Shown here piece after piece: positions 38,718-52,060 of a DNA stretch of 64,000 bases. Both the position numbers and the translations under genes were made by a program. The notes beneath the pieces were generated by a model that ran no database searches, was not told the DNA's origin, and worked only from the letters and a program-made list of their open reading frames with translations. The stretch spans positions 1,674,001-1,738,000 of the forward strand of contig JAMWBK010000009.1 of NCBI GenBank assembly GCA_029953675.1, written 5' to 3'. This DNA is from Rhodosorus marinus CCMP1338 (lineage: Eukaryota; Plantae; Rhodophyta). How positions within the stretch are numbered: the stretch's first letter is position 1; every line of letters starts with the position of its first letter.

Positions 38718-39398
38718 CTAAAGTTCATCTGGGACATCACTGCCTGACTTGAGAACATCGAAGAACTGTGCAACCTTGTTCTCGGCGTTCTTGTGCATCT
38801 CAAGGAATAGCGCGACATCCTTATCCGCGGCTGGCTTGTCCATGCTGTAAAACGGTAGGAATCAAAGCATTATTAGTATCACCTCCAAAACCTTGCCGAG
38901 AGAACCTGCATCCAAACCCACCCTTTCACAGTGGCTCGAAACTCCTTTGTAATTTCGGCCACCTTCTGCTTCCGGTCCTTTGGGAACTTCTGGGACAAGT
39001 ATTCCATGTCCTCACTAGCCCTATAGTACTTCCTCAGGAAAGCCCGAATTCCTTCCCAATCGTTAGCGGTCAGCTCTGAATTCCTGAAAAAAGAATGTGG
39101 GAGGAGACTTTTCTCAGAACAGTGGACTCGGTACTCGACTGCGCTTTAAGTTGGCATACTTGGTGGAGACTGTAGCACGAATCTCTTCCCATCGCTCCTG
39201 AGCCTTCAACAGCCTGTCGAATTGCCTTGGACCAGGAGGAAGCTCCGGCTTTTCCTCAGCAGCAACGGGGTCGTTAAACAGCAACAAGCCCCCCAAAACC
39301 CCGCTTCCAGCTACCAGAAAGTCCCTGCGAGAAAGTCGCGACTCGCAAACCGTACGAGTCCTCCTCGTAGAACCGCTGAAACTCACCAAAAACGCCAT
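38718..39398 (-). CDS. PsbQ-like thylakoid lumen protein (3 exons)
   Basis: MAF transit peptide, Tat motif SRRDFL, hydrophobic stretch and VAA cleavage site, then NDWEGIRAFLRKYYRASEDMEYLSQKFPKDRKQKVAEITKEFRATVKG|MDKPAADKDVALFLEMHKNAENKVAQFFDVL, which fits the PsbQ four-helix-bundle pattern. Confidence 0.72.
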
Positions 39399-40782
39399 CT
39401 TTGTCGTCCTGATTTCCCGCTAACCCTTCATAGCGGCGTACCCGTTCTCCCCTCATCCAAATCTTATTCTATCATAAGAACAAAAGAAAGCTGGAATCCA
39501 AACCGCTTCTGTAGCCATCCAAAACTTCACAACCGCGCCCTTCGAACTATTGCTTTCACCCACAAACCACCTCTTGCTAAAGAATAGTGAAAAGTTTATT
39601 CCTTTCATTATTTTGCTTTTAACGCGGTCCGCTTGTTCAGCAAAAGAAAAACATTCACCAAAAACAACGGAAAAGCCGTCACAAAACGTGAAAATTCAAT
39701 TAGTTAGGAAACTAATTCGTTGTGTCATGAAGTTGCGGTCGTTAGACATGTGCACTTTATGGACATCACGGCTGGTCGTGTACGTCAACTTTTGATTAAG
39801 GCAAGAAAAGTAGTCCTCACTAATTGCGTTTCCCGTATTGTGACATCTCGAGTGCTTGTTTAGAATGAGTAGCAAACAGCTGTCTATCCCGTTCTCGCAG
39901 GCTTGGCTTTTCTTCAGTTAGGCGTTTGTGTGAAGGGACAGTTTCAGAGAGCACGAGTCAGTGGCTAATTTTGTTGATTGTTCACGTTTCGGTTCCAAAT
40001 TCCGAACCGATTTTGCGAAATCGTTCAGTCACACAGGGTCGATACGCCCTGTTGGATGGGGTAGTTGAGGGAGTGCCAGTGACCGTCTACCCGTAGGGCA
40101 GCATACGATTCCTATCAAGTGAGGGATCGTGAGCTAGTAGGCCTATTCTAACTGACTAGGATAGTACGAATGTAGACTTAAGTTGAAGTCGCAATGCCCG
40201 AAGAGAATCTTTCTTGAGTTTCAAGCCAGGCCTAACAAGACATTGTAGAGAACGATTCCCCCTTTGAGGGCCTGCAAGACATGTGATCGGCTATGACGAA
40301 GTCGGAATCCACACCAATCAGTGCGGTCGATTCCAGATGCTTCTTGGTTCTGATTAGATTCGAGTTTCTTTCCTGGAGCTGGCGGCTCTAGTGCTCGAAC
40401 GTCGAAGCCCTCCACAACGACGCGACGAATACTTTCCTGACGTTTGTTTTATCAGATTCGCTCACGCCCTCTACAATCATGGGAACTAGTGTCCGTCTGG
40501 AATCGTCAGTCTGGAACAGCTTGTTCAAGCTGTTGGCTTCCCTCTGACCATCCTTACTAAAAACGAAAGAGTGCAAGAAGATAGGAGTGCTGCTTGTGCT
40601 TTTGAATCGGACGCTTTTGCGTTCTGTCGAGAATAAAGGAATCTGATTTCTTCATTCACCCCACCACCCTGAAGCTACGAGGAGTTATAACCACCTCTGG
40701 GCAAACCGTATGAACGTCGATCGCTGATTATTAGAGCCACTTTCATGTTTAGCATCGATATTGTCATATTTGGGTTTATAGA

Positions 40783-41797
40783 ATGAAAGGAAGCCCAGGT
40801 TCTATTGGATTTGAATCTAAAAAAGCCGATGTAGCTCGAGGAGAACTGCAGACTCGACTTGAAAATGTCCATGAAAAGAAAACGCGCGGAGAGATCTTTT
40901 GGTATGACTGCCGTGGACCTCGGTTCCTTACAATCCGCAGAGACCGACGACGTCCTCTTGGTGACTTTAACAGAACCTTCGATATTTTATTTTTCAGGAC
41001 ACCCGACGGAAAGCTAGTTCTCAGCGTACAGAAGGTAGCAAATCGCTCGTGCAACTTTGAACAGCTAGAGCAACCTTTACTCATACTCATTCGAAAAACC
41101 AGGGCAAAATCCATCTCAAGATGGGGTACTGGGTCAACAGGAGGCAGTACCTGCATCCTGAGGAGGCTGTGAGTGTTCCTTCCTTCCACCGGCACTGGAA
41201 GCTCCTTCAAGAGCCTCTCCGAAGAAGCTAATGAACTGTATCCCATTCTCCCAGCTCTTTCTTATAGACCGCGGTGACATGAAATTGATTCGTGCTCAAG
41301 GAGGGGTGGTGCCCTTGGAAAAATGCTGGGAAAATCTCTTATCAACTGAGGAGCTCAAACAGACCTACCATGCGTACGCATTTCTGAGAAGAAGCGGGTT
41401 CATCTTACGGGTTGTCCAAAGCGGTGCATGCAAGTCGTCAAACCTCGTCGTGGCGTTCTCTGCAACGAAACATTTATCACATGTGAAAGAGGGTTCTGAG
41501 CTGCTCTATCGCGTTGCCGTCGTCAGTAGTCGAGATCCAGCTCCGACCGTGGCCGAGATGCAGCGGTTTGTTTCACAGGACTTATCCTCGCGATCAGTTT
41601 TGGCCGTCGTCGACGATGGGAGCGTTTTGTTCCACGAAATTTGCGCTTTCGGATCAATCTTCAGCCGCGTGAACGATGATGTGGCTTCCCGCGCGGTAAT
41701 GAGTAAACCGCTCGGGGTAGGCTCACGTGGCCACTCAACTAAAGGTCCTACCACGCTCCGTCTTTTTTTGTCTTTTCAGAATGAAACAGGAACATGA
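40783..41797 (+). CDS. TSEN54: tRNA-splicing endonuclease subunit Sen54-like
   Basis: Spliced EIFW|TPDGKLVLSVQK|GKIHLKMGYWVNRRQYLHPEEA|LFLIDRG matches the Sen54 N-domain pattern (W.P....V....G...MG......L.PEEA.YL..RG), followed by YHAYAFLRRSGFILR. Confidence 0.8.
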
Positions 41798-41986
41798 AAT
41801 CTTGCCAAGTCAACTGCGTGCGAGGAGCCTGGTTTGAGTTGGGGGATTGGCACCCGGCTTCTCCTTTTCCAACTACAAGAAAGGCCTGCGTACTTTATGG
41901 ACCACAGATCTTATTTAATACGCTCTCAGAAAGAAGCAAACCAAAAGTAAATAGGGTATTTTCGATTTCGAGCCCTGTTGAACAGA

Positions 41987-42768
41987 CTAGGTATACATGC
42001 CGTTTGCATACAGCTCCTCAGCAATAGCTCTTCTTTCGCGCTCCTTCTTCCTGAGTTCGTATTCTGGATCATCAGTTGGGAGCTCATGGCGACACATCGG
42101 ACAGGTATTTTTCTGCGAGATGACGAACAAGTACAAAGTACAATCAGGAGGTCAATGTTCACAGGCTCCATGGGCTCTTCATCGGTTGTCAATATTCGGG
42201 ATTATTGCGTCGCCCTCACCTTTTCCAACCAAGGAACAATGCATTGACGATGAAACAGATGCTTGCATTGAAGCTGATTAGCTTTCGCCTCGAACTCGTC
42301 AGTGCAAATCGGACATGCAACTTTTCCGCCTTTCGCCTTTTCAGGTATTCGGATTTGGTTTGTCAGTCGAACTATTAACCGTTCCTTGCGTCCAATTTTA
42401 TACGTACTGGATGGGCTTCTACAGGAACCTCCGGTAGATTCTCAATAACCTCTTTCGACGTAGGCGGGTTTTCTGAAGTGGCCGTCATGTTTTGGAGCAA
42501 ATCTGGCCAGGCAAGCATTACATCTGTGGTCCATTGTGGTACGCGTGTACCCAGTTCGTCATTTCTTTCTCCAATGTTAATCTGATTCATTCTCCTGAGA
42601 TACGGAGAACGAGCACAACTCTCAGCTCCTATTGCACAGTTACAAGACAGCTCACCTCCCCATTTCCATGTAAGAACCTTACTCCAGCATCTCTGCAAAC
42701 TGAGGATCCAAACCCCCAGTAGGTATCTGGTCCTCGGTAACGTCATGGTCGTCAAAGTATGAAGCCAT
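41987..42768 (-). CDS. RNF181: RING-H2 E3 ubiquitin ligase RNF181-like (4 exons)
   Basis: N-terminal [26 protein letters not shown]2 CPIC...[16 protein letters not shown]|[19 protein letters not shown], and C-terminal GMYT*. Confidence 0.9.
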
Positions 42769-43504
42769 CTCCTCTCAAATTCCTGTCAATAGTCCTGATT
42801 GTTCAATTCCCTTCATCTAAATCCTCAGCTCAAAACCTAAACCCAAGCATCCATGTCCGTTATTATTGAACAGATCCCTTGTCCCCATCAAAACAGCAGA
42901 TACCGATATGTAGTGGGATCCCCGATGTATCAGCATCAACGATGGCGAGCTTCATCAACCCCCCGGCCCCCTCCTCCGAGACAGGACAGCATGTTGCTAT
43001 TTCCACCATTTTCATTGGGACGATATCTCCTATCAAAATGTGCTTAACGCAAAACTTTGCAAGAAGGGTTCGACTAAAAGCGTCACCAGCAAATTCCCCA
43101 CTTTGTGAAAATGTGCGACCTCTGTGTATAAATTAAGGTCATAATTTTTTCAGTACATCCACATGAGTAGGTGACACTTTAAGGAAGAATACCTAACTGA
43201 GCGTCAGAGAAACAGAGTCTGTAGGGAGGGCAACCAGGTCTGCGATTGAAAAGCCGTGAATCTTCTCGCACAGAATTGCAGCGACATTTTTTAAACACCC
43301 TGTTTGCATGACCCGCTTTCGTGTGTCCTCCTCGGTTCGATCTGTGTATTGGAGTCGGGGTCCTTGCACGGCTCGTCGAGTGGTCCAGCATTGGCCACGA
43401 TGCAGATTCTTGCTGTACAAGGCTCCAGAAACGTTTATTAAAGACTTCTGTGTGAGTGCCTGGTCAGATGGATGACTCTCAGGAGCCTTGTGATTCCTCA
43501 ATAA

Positions 43505-46500
43505 TCAACTGTCCCATAGCGTATCATCAAGGTCTTCACCCTGCTCCGCGAGGATTCTCCATGGGTCAGGGTCCAAAGGAGAAGAACGCACGTTGGACTT
43601 GCTCGTTTGATTGAGCGTCTTTGTATGTTGTTCTTCTTGTGTCGATGCTTTCGCAGCCTGCCTTGGTTGCTCTACATGATTCGTCGCCACAGGTTTCATG
43701 GGTGATGAGGACGTTTTCTTAACGGGTACCTCCCGCTCCGCTCGCGGCCTCTTTCGTTGAAAACTAGCCAAAAGATCCGCTCCTCTCAGCTGCCCACGAG
43801 CGTGTCCTTCACCTGCGTGACCTCCCAGATCCATAGGGCGATTGACGCTCTCCTTATCCTCAGCAGCAACGACTAGAGCGAAGAGCAATCGAAAACAGTG
43901 AACAACGTGAAATGGCTTTGTGTCTGATCAGCTCCCATCTCACCATGTTTCTCTTGCGGAGCGGGACGGTCTGAAATGTTGATTTCAACCGCAGCCTCCG
44001 GCGAATCCAGTCCAGACAGTGCGTTCCGTTCTTGTTCGCCCTGGCTACTACTCTCAACTTCGTGATGGTTCGCAGTTGATGAGTCCTGAGATCCCGAGGC
44101 ATAGTCTGAGCTCTCCGCCGAAGCACAGTTATGTTGGCTTATTTCGCTCTCATTCATTGTCCCATCGTCAGCGAAGAGGAATTCCTCTTCGTATCCCTCA
44201 AAAGGATCAAGCTCATCGTTCAGTCCGAGCTTGACCAATATATAGTCAGCAAAGAACCTGTAATCCTTTTCAGCGTCCTCGGGAACAAAACCGTGTAGGG
44301 TTGCACTTCGGTGTTCGAGAACGGATGGGTTAACTGCTGACGCCTCGACCGCCGCAATCGCGAACACTCCGTCCTGTACAACGGCAGTCTTGCGGCACAT
44401 CAGCCTGGAGGACAGTAAACAAAATTGTGGCGAAGCCATGGGGATTCAGGAAGAGCTCATCTTGTGGAGGTCATACTGCAGCACAATGCTCAAGTACCTA
44501 GCGTGCGCTTGCGTTAGTCTTATGAGAGATTCCAGCAGTCGTACTGTCGTTCTCGCGGCGTTCCTCCTCTCTGCTGCGCGTTCGGCGGAATAGTAGTAGC
44601 TCAGGAGTTTACGAGCTCCATCCGACAGCTCCGGGTGAAGAGTGCTCTTGACGAAGTAGAAGTACTGCTGAAGCTGGGTGGCCGTCAAAAGCTCCGCGGA
44701 CTCCGCAGAATCATTTTTAGGCACATCGCTCTGCAATAGTCTTCCATTGAGAATGAAAGAAGACAGCCTTTCGTCCCAGTTCTGATTGTCCTTGGGGTCA
44801 ATTAGGGTTAGGACCACGTCAAATCTACTCAAAAGCGGTGCAGCCAGGTTGAGATAGACGGCGTTCTCATCTTCTTGTTCATAGTTCAACCTCGCAGTTA
44901 CGTTCGCAGATATCCGTCCTGCGCTGGGATTGGTCGCTGCAATCACAGTGGCTTTTGTATCAAGCGAACTGGAGGCAAGATACATAGGCGAAAAAGCACG
45001 GAATTCGAGGACAACCGGGTGTTCAGTTATATGTGTCATTCCTCGTGAAACCCTCTTGATTGTACGTACGCACCAGACCAATCCAGCCTTCGCTACACTC
45101 AGAGTCTGCTGCTCCATTGCCTCATGTATGGACACCCTGTCGCTCTCCCGAATGCTGCTAAACTCATCAATGCAGCAGAGACCGCCATCAGCGAGGACAA
45201 GTGCTCCCGCGTCAAGTGCCCACTCTCCGGATGCAGGATCTCTGACCGCTGTCACGGTAAGACCTGGTGGAAACGAGCCATGACGGTGCTCGGTCAATTT
45301 GCCTCACTTGCGTTGCAAAAACTGCGCTCCTGTACTTCACGACATCCCTATCCCGCTTACCGGCGCTCGTGGTCCCGATACCGGTAGTGAGCACGGATCT
45401 CGGGCACAGTGCAGCTGCGTATTTGAGTATTTGGGACTTTCCCGTTCCAGGGTCACCAACGACCAGAAGATGTGATTCGCCCCTGACGCGTGTACCGCAC
45501 TTGTCATCGCGAGTGACCCCTCCAATGATGGTCATCGCAAGGATGAGCTTGACCAAGTACATTCCATAGAGCTGGACCAAAGGCAATTTTGTGTGTGCGC
45601 GTACTCAGTACCAAACCCTCGCCTCCGAACATCCAGCGATCGACTGTTTCGGCTTGCACATACCTCTGGGCAAATTGACTTGATGATGGCGTTTCTTCCC
45701 TCCAAAGGATTCGACCTGTAGCGACCCCAAAAGGCGGCGAGATCCTTCTTAAAGTTTGACGGCAAGCTTATTGATGCCTTTTGTTCGTTCCGAAGCTTCA
45801 CCCCAAGTGCCTCTACGAGTAGCTCCAGATCGCACCTTGCCCCGGCAACTGGATTCCTGTTCCAGCGCTGCCGCAGAACGCCGGTTATCTGTGAGAGAGT
45901 TCAGCAAAAAGGCGGTCAGTGTCTGGATAGACCTTGCTCTTATTCGATTCTACCAATATTCCTTACAACCGCATCGTCCCCAGGTTTGCAGCAGTCAACC
46001 AAATCATCCGTAAGGACAACCAGCAACGAGCTTGGAACAGATCCCACGTCAATGCTCCCAACCTTCTCCTGAGCTTTCACTTCCTGGTAGTCACGGCATT
46101 CGCCGATGTCTTTCTCAACCTGCTGGAAGCTAGAATAGACCCGAAACCAATCATGCGGAGGATCTCAGAGCAGGGTGAGAAATGGTTCTATGGTGAAAGA
46201 AGTCTTCCTTTTATGTCGATGTTTACCTTGTGCTCTGACATTTCTTCTGAGTTCCCTCCGATGGACAGACTGTTGGCAGGAGAAAGGAGCCTTTGGCACT
46301 GATGTCACCTTCGAGAGTGAACTTGTGCTTGCAGCGAACGCATTCGTACTCTCTGAGTACCTCTCGAATCATAACCGCACCGACGCGAACAATGGTGACG
46401 TTGATCGATATGAGCGTATTGATGTCGGCAGATCGTAACATGGATGCATTTTGCTTCACTTGCTTGGACTCCTTTGGTAGATTGTAGAGTCTTGCGTGTG

Positions 46501-46995
46501 CGTTTCGCTTGACGGTAAGCCTTTGCTGCTCCTTTGTCGCGAATATATGTTGTCTGAGAAAGGGTATCCTTGGGGAGGGCTAAACTCGGGTACTCTTGAA
46601 CCATTTGCATTGTGTCTTTCTTACTCCGTCCAAATCTTCGCACATGTTGCTCTGCACTTCGTCCAGGGCTTGCTGTAAGCTTGTAAGAACCTCATCTGGA
46701 GTGTTCAGTACTCTTATTCCCACAAAATTAGAGGATAGTAGCAACTGCTCCACATTGACTTCACACCCATAATGCCCACCTTCATCCTCCTCAGCAAGGA
46801 TATCTTCTATCCGATCCGAGCAATTCCTCATGAGGAAATCAACTAACTCCGCGACAATTTCACTGTTCGTAGCACCGAAGAAAAAACAAACGCGAAAACA
46901 GAGGAGCAGGATGCAATGACCTAAGCAACTCGCTTCACACATGGTTCCAGCTGCAACTCTGGACATGCTCACCTCGGAAGAATATCGTCGTCCAT
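43505..46995 (-). CDS. MCM9: DNA helicase MCM9
   Basis: Zn motif CVRC...CP...C, Walker [22 protein letters not shown], arginine finger LLSRFD, the MCM9-typical [17 protein letters not shown], and a long low-complexity C-terminal tail. First exon MDDDILP|. Confidence 0.92.
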
Positions 46996-47186
46996 CTTTA
47001 AATTAAAAATTACTAACCAGCCAGCAAAAATTTCTTGTGATTCGAGACGACTGGCGCATTCGCCCTCGCCAAGTTCTCTTCCCACGGCATGGTCGGACCT
47101 ACCGGGTCTACTTCACCGTTCATCAGTTTCTTCCTGACAACAATCCCACAAAATTTCTAGGCTGACTCGGCTTGCCCTTGAACGAT

Positions 47187-47194
47187 TTTCCCGC
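47187..47194 (+). promoter_or_regulatory. Candidate E2F-binding site TTTCCCGC in the MCM9/RFC5 bidirectional promoter
   Basis: Exact plant-type E2F consensus in the 734-bp gap between divergent replication/repair genes. The same 8-mer also occurs at 39413, so chance is not excluded. Confidence 0.35.
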
Positions 47195-47729
47195 AAAAAA
47201 AAGCCAATGGAGAACGTTCAAAAGGATCATTCTTCCAATAATTATCTCTCCCTCGTTATTTTTCACCCTTTGTCCACATATCTAAGAGCACGTGTCATTT
47301 TTCGTTCTTAATCCAATGAAACCTTATTTCGGGTCAAAGAAGCGTATTTTTTTCGTTTTTCCTGTTCCCGGCAGAATCTGGAGTTTGCTTTTGTACGACC
47401 CCTCACAATCCCGCAAGTAAAAATCTTGCTTCAAATCTTAATGAAATAGTTTTCGGCTTTTCTCTGGGTTACTTGTTTCAAGGGGGGCTTGAATTTCCTA
47501 TTGCTTGCCGAAGGTGATTGACTGATCCATAGTGTGGGAAAGAATGTGGTATGGGCTTTGATCCGGACGTTCGTATGGACGGAGACGCTTGCAGTGCGGG
47601 TAGCAGAGACGCATCTTGGGCTGAAGTCAAGAGAATCTGCTCGATACTGGCACAGAAGACGACTGCCTGTAGGAAGGCTCTCTTGTTCCTGGTGAAGGTT
47701 TTGTTTGGGCGTTCCCACGAGCAGGCAGG

Positions 47730-49207
47730 ATGGTGGTGAAGATGGAGGTTGACGGGAAAGATCCCAAAGCGGTGAAAAAGGATCTAATGTGGATCGAGAA
47801 GTATCGTCCAACTAGCATGGACGACGTGTTATCACATCAGGACACTGTGCTCACCTGTGAGTTTCGTGCCTTGGCATGATTTCCTTGCTCCAAACGTCCA
47901 AGATACTGATCGTGTTTTGTGATGATCCCGTTCTTAGTGAAAAAGCTGATCGACGGGAAAAGGCTACCCCACCTCCTGTTTTACGGTCCACCGGGAACTG
48001 GGAAAACCTCTACGATTCTCGCCTGTGCAAGGGAAATGTATGGCAAAACCTTGGGGTCCATGGTTTTAGAGCTGAACGCTTCGGATGATCGAGGTATTAA
48101 TGTAGTCAGGGACCAGATCAAGACTTTCGCAAGTACAAAGCGGATTTTTTCTTCTGGAGTGAAGCTGATTATTCTGGATGAGGCTGACGCTATGACCTCG
48201 GCTGCCCAGGTATCAAGAACATGAACCTCACTCGCTCGTGAAGATTGTCCTGTTGCTACATATCCAGAGGCAAAGATTTGTTGGAAGCCTGAGTGCTGAG
48301 CAGCCAGTCTATTTTGTCTTCTGTTCAGATGGCCCTTCGACGAGTTATCGAAAAATATACCCAGAACACAAGATTCTGCATGATATGCAATTATGTCAAC
48401 AAGATCATCCCAGCCCTCCAGTCGAGATGTACGAGATTTCGATTTGGACCGCTGAAGAGAGAAGACCTTATTGCCCGACTCGGAGAAATCTGCAAGATAG
48501 AAAAGTACGCGAGTTTTGAATGTAAAACGAGGGGAACGTGTCTACTAGTGTGTAGCACGTCTTTCTCTCCTACCTCTACTTTGGGGTTACTGAGGTCAGA
48601 ATTCGGTATTTGTTTTGTTCAGTGTTTCGATTGAGGATGAGGCGATCTCTGCGCTGGTGGATCTCTCCGAAGGAGACATGCGAAAATGTCTGAACATTCT
48701 GCAGTCCACAGACATGGCTGAAGCGGCGAAAAATGGAAGAATTACTGCAGCCGCAGTATACGCCAACACAGGAAACCCGACCCCTGCTGAGATAGAAGAG
48801 TGCCTCCAGTGGCTGCTCAATGATGATTTCAACACGTGCTCGAGAAAGTTGAGCGGACTGCTTGTAAGTTGAAAACCGACAGCATAGAGCGCTGAAAATG
48901 TTGATCACTAGTCAGATCTGATGTATGGAGTCATTGCTCGCGCGTCCATTCTAAGACTTTGATTCGTGCTATGGTGGTCCAGGAGAAAGGCTTGGCACTT
49001 TCTGACATCATTCGTGAGATACACAAGTTCATGATGCTCTCTTCGCTGCCTACCAAAGCGAGGATCTTCCTCTACAAGGAGCTGGGAGAAATTGAGTTCA
49101 TGCTATCCAAGGGGGTGCACGAAAAGCTTCCCTTGAACGCTCTTGTAGGAGTATTTAAAGCTACAGCAATGCTAGCGGTCGAGGAGGGGCAGGGCGCAAC
49201 TGGTTGA
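47730..49207 (+). CDS. RFC5: Replication factor C small subunit (human RFC5 / yeast Rfc3 type)
   Basis: [85 protein letters not shown]. Confidence 0.96.
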
Positions 49208-49377
49208 ATCGTCTGAGGTGCTTTTCTTGGTTTCGCAAGCCAGACCGTCATGACGCGAGAGGTATTTTATGACGTTCGTGGAAGTATGTTTAAGTTTCGG
49301 CAATAGTCGAGAAAGATATTAATTGTTATAAGCAAGCAGTAGACCCTGCAGAACGATTCGTGGCTTCCTGAACAGGG

Positions 49378-50285
49378 TCAATTATCCACGTGATGGTTGT
49401 CAGCGAACTGGGCGAATGACGTCAAGGACATGAAAAAGCACTGGATCCAGCCGACGGTTCTGTCCGCTGCAGTGCTCCAAGCCGTGTCGACGTCGTCCGT
49501 CTCTTCGCGCTCGTTTGCGTTGTTCTCCGACAAAAGACATCCAAAGGGGCAAGTGTGCGACCGAGCGGGAATTTTCGATCCGCAATTGTAGCATAACTTC
49601 TGCTTGCAAACGCACACGACTGCATTGCATCCTTCTACTCGCTCCACCAGGGCTCCGCAACCACATTTTCTATACCTATAAAACCAAAACCGGAGACTTG
49701 TCCTTTAATCGAAACCCTACTTGAAAGTGGAACGCTGCGATGATTGTCAATGGATAGTACCCTTCCCGAAGCAACAAGGCTGTCTCGATTAAGGACAGTT
49801 CACTGTTACACGTTCCTTCGTGAGCCACGGCATAGCACTCGGTGCAAATTCTTAAGCCGCACTCCGAGCAGGACTCTGTGCCTTTTGATCGTCCCTAAGC
49901 ACACAAATCGGGGAAGACAGGCTTTTGGTAAGAATGATTGGTATCACAGAATATTCCAGGGGAGCTCATCGCTCACAAATTCATGGCGGATGGCGGCTGC
50001 ACAACTTGGTTCGGGGCAGTAGCGAACTCCGTTGGGGCTCGCCTCATTCTGAAAACGCTTAAACTTGCCCAGCTCCCCATTGCTCAACAGCCTTGACTCC
50101 TCCACTGCTTTTACGCTGATGATATCGCTGCAAGTGTCGTCCATACATCTGACAGGAAACTGAAAACGATCGGACAGCGCGTGCTTCAAGTACGCCCACT
50201 CACATTTCTCACAGAACTCTGAGTGGAGCAGACACAACGGTCGTTTCGGGCTCTCATTCGCTTCGAAACAAACCCTACAGATCAT
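49378..50285 (-). CDS. RBR (RING1-IBR-RING2) E3 ubiquitin ligase
   Basis: RING1 CRVC...C.LH..FCEKC...C..DTC; IBR CPEPSC...CSECGLRICTECYAVAHEGTC; RING2 CGC...ERVEGCNAVVCVCKQKLCYNC. Two introns keep the frame. An upstream exon is possible. Confidence 0.85.
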
Positions 50286-51845
50286 TGTATGCAACTTCCT
50301 ATTCTCAAGTGAGAAACACCTAGCTGGTCTCCAGATATTCTACTCCAATTGCCCTTCGACCACCTCGCACCAGTTCCGACAGGTCAGCACAAGCACTGGG
50401 CAATCCCAGAAGGAGAAAAGCCAGTGCCACACAGCGGATCCGCTTCCTGAAACGTCACTATCTGTCAAGAGATATTTTGTGCGCAGATGAACAAGATTTC
50501 CGATGAATTTCAAACTTTTCACTTGGGTTTGCTTTTTTTTTTCATACCCGTTCCTGTCGAGATTGTGATCCTGCATGAAATCCATCCAATTATTACGTTC
50601 CACATCTAAACCAGGGAAAAGGGAAAAAACGATTCACTCCGCATTGGTCAATTTCATGAAGTATTGCTAAACTAATTCTATTTCAAGAAGTAAAACATCT
50701 ATCTTGAAGTGCTCCTTTTTTTGATTTGCTGAAGTGGACTTTCACATCGGCTGCGCGGATTGAGGGTCTCTCAGCGGTGCTTTGCCTGACAGAACGAAGT
50801 TGCGGATAAGCGGATGCGTTTTTAGAGCCCTGGAGTGACATGCTTGCTCGAATCCTTCCCGTCTCTGGACGTAATTATCACTGTGACATGCTTGGAGGTC
50901 CACCATGAACTTCCTTTCTTTTGCCGTTTGTGACATACTTCATCCCCCGCCCTGGGGATGGAAATATCGAAAAGGCTAGACGACTAATTGTTGTGTAGGG
51001 TTGGATTAGGCTGCTAAACTCATCTCCCCCCTTCCCCCTTCCCCCCACGCATCAGCGGTTCGGAGCAGATTCAAGATGCTCATCGTTGAGCGAAAGCACG
51101 CTCGGTTTTAGCCCGTCAAGATGCAGTTTGACTATGCTCGTCTTCGTGAGTAGAACGGTTGTGTCAAGTGTTGTAGCTCTGAAGACCAGTTCACGTCATC
51201 CCTGAAGGTAAGAGATGCCTAGCCGAATGCTAGTGACATCTTCACTTGGTGTCCGACAGCACCGATCAAGCACTTGTGTATCTGAACCGGGCCTTGCCAG
51301 TGTGTTCACCGAATCCCACCATTTCGCTGTGATCTATGAACTTTGCTTCTCTAACGGGGTACGTGCGAAGACTTTTTTCATGTGTGGGGAATCCTTTTGC
51401 TCCTGCGTCCGGACTTCTGCGGGGAGGAGGTACTAGCGCGATTCCCTAGACTGATGAACGCACCAAACACAAGAAGACCGATGATGCGCTTAGTGTTGAC
51501 AAGACGGCAACGAACTGAACCAGCGTCCGCGCAAGTGCGTCCTCGTTCCAAGGCCTCTCGTTAAATGCCGGGGAGCCGAACTTCATTTCGAATTCTCTTC
51601 AACATGATTTCTCCCTGAGGCGAGGTACAATCCGCTCTGGGACGAAGAGGAGGGCGGTCACGGAGCCTCTCTAAAGCACTCTTCTTAAGACGCCCGAGAA
51701 GCTATCACGAATCGTGGAACGAAACACATGGGATGCACACCACTGGAAAAGGCTGTGTTTTTCAAGGGAAAATTCTAAGGTACAGACAACTAGCAGCAAC
51801 GAGTAGATGCACGAGGAAAATTATAAACAGCAGACGGCGAGGTTT

Positions 51846-51931
51846 GCTGCTTTGTTGAGGGACGCGCGACATTAGTGTCTCCCTTTCCGCTCCTCTGGGT
51901 GGATAGGCTTTGAACAAACTGTTGTTGTTGA
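51846..51931 (-). repeat. Dispersed repeat copy 2 (partner at 7952-8040)
   Basis: The reverse complement aligns to 7952-8040, and the copy lies about 130 bp upstream of the TSR3 ATG. Confidence 0.75.
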
Positions 51932-52060
51932 TTCTTCTAGACGGCTGTTGAGGTTTGAGTCGTGAATTGGAGGGCCTTTGCATTTCGACTCTGTGAACGC
52001 TCTCTGGTGTGTGTTTGGGCGGGGGTGCGAGTTTGGAACAGATTCTAGTATTATAGAAAG

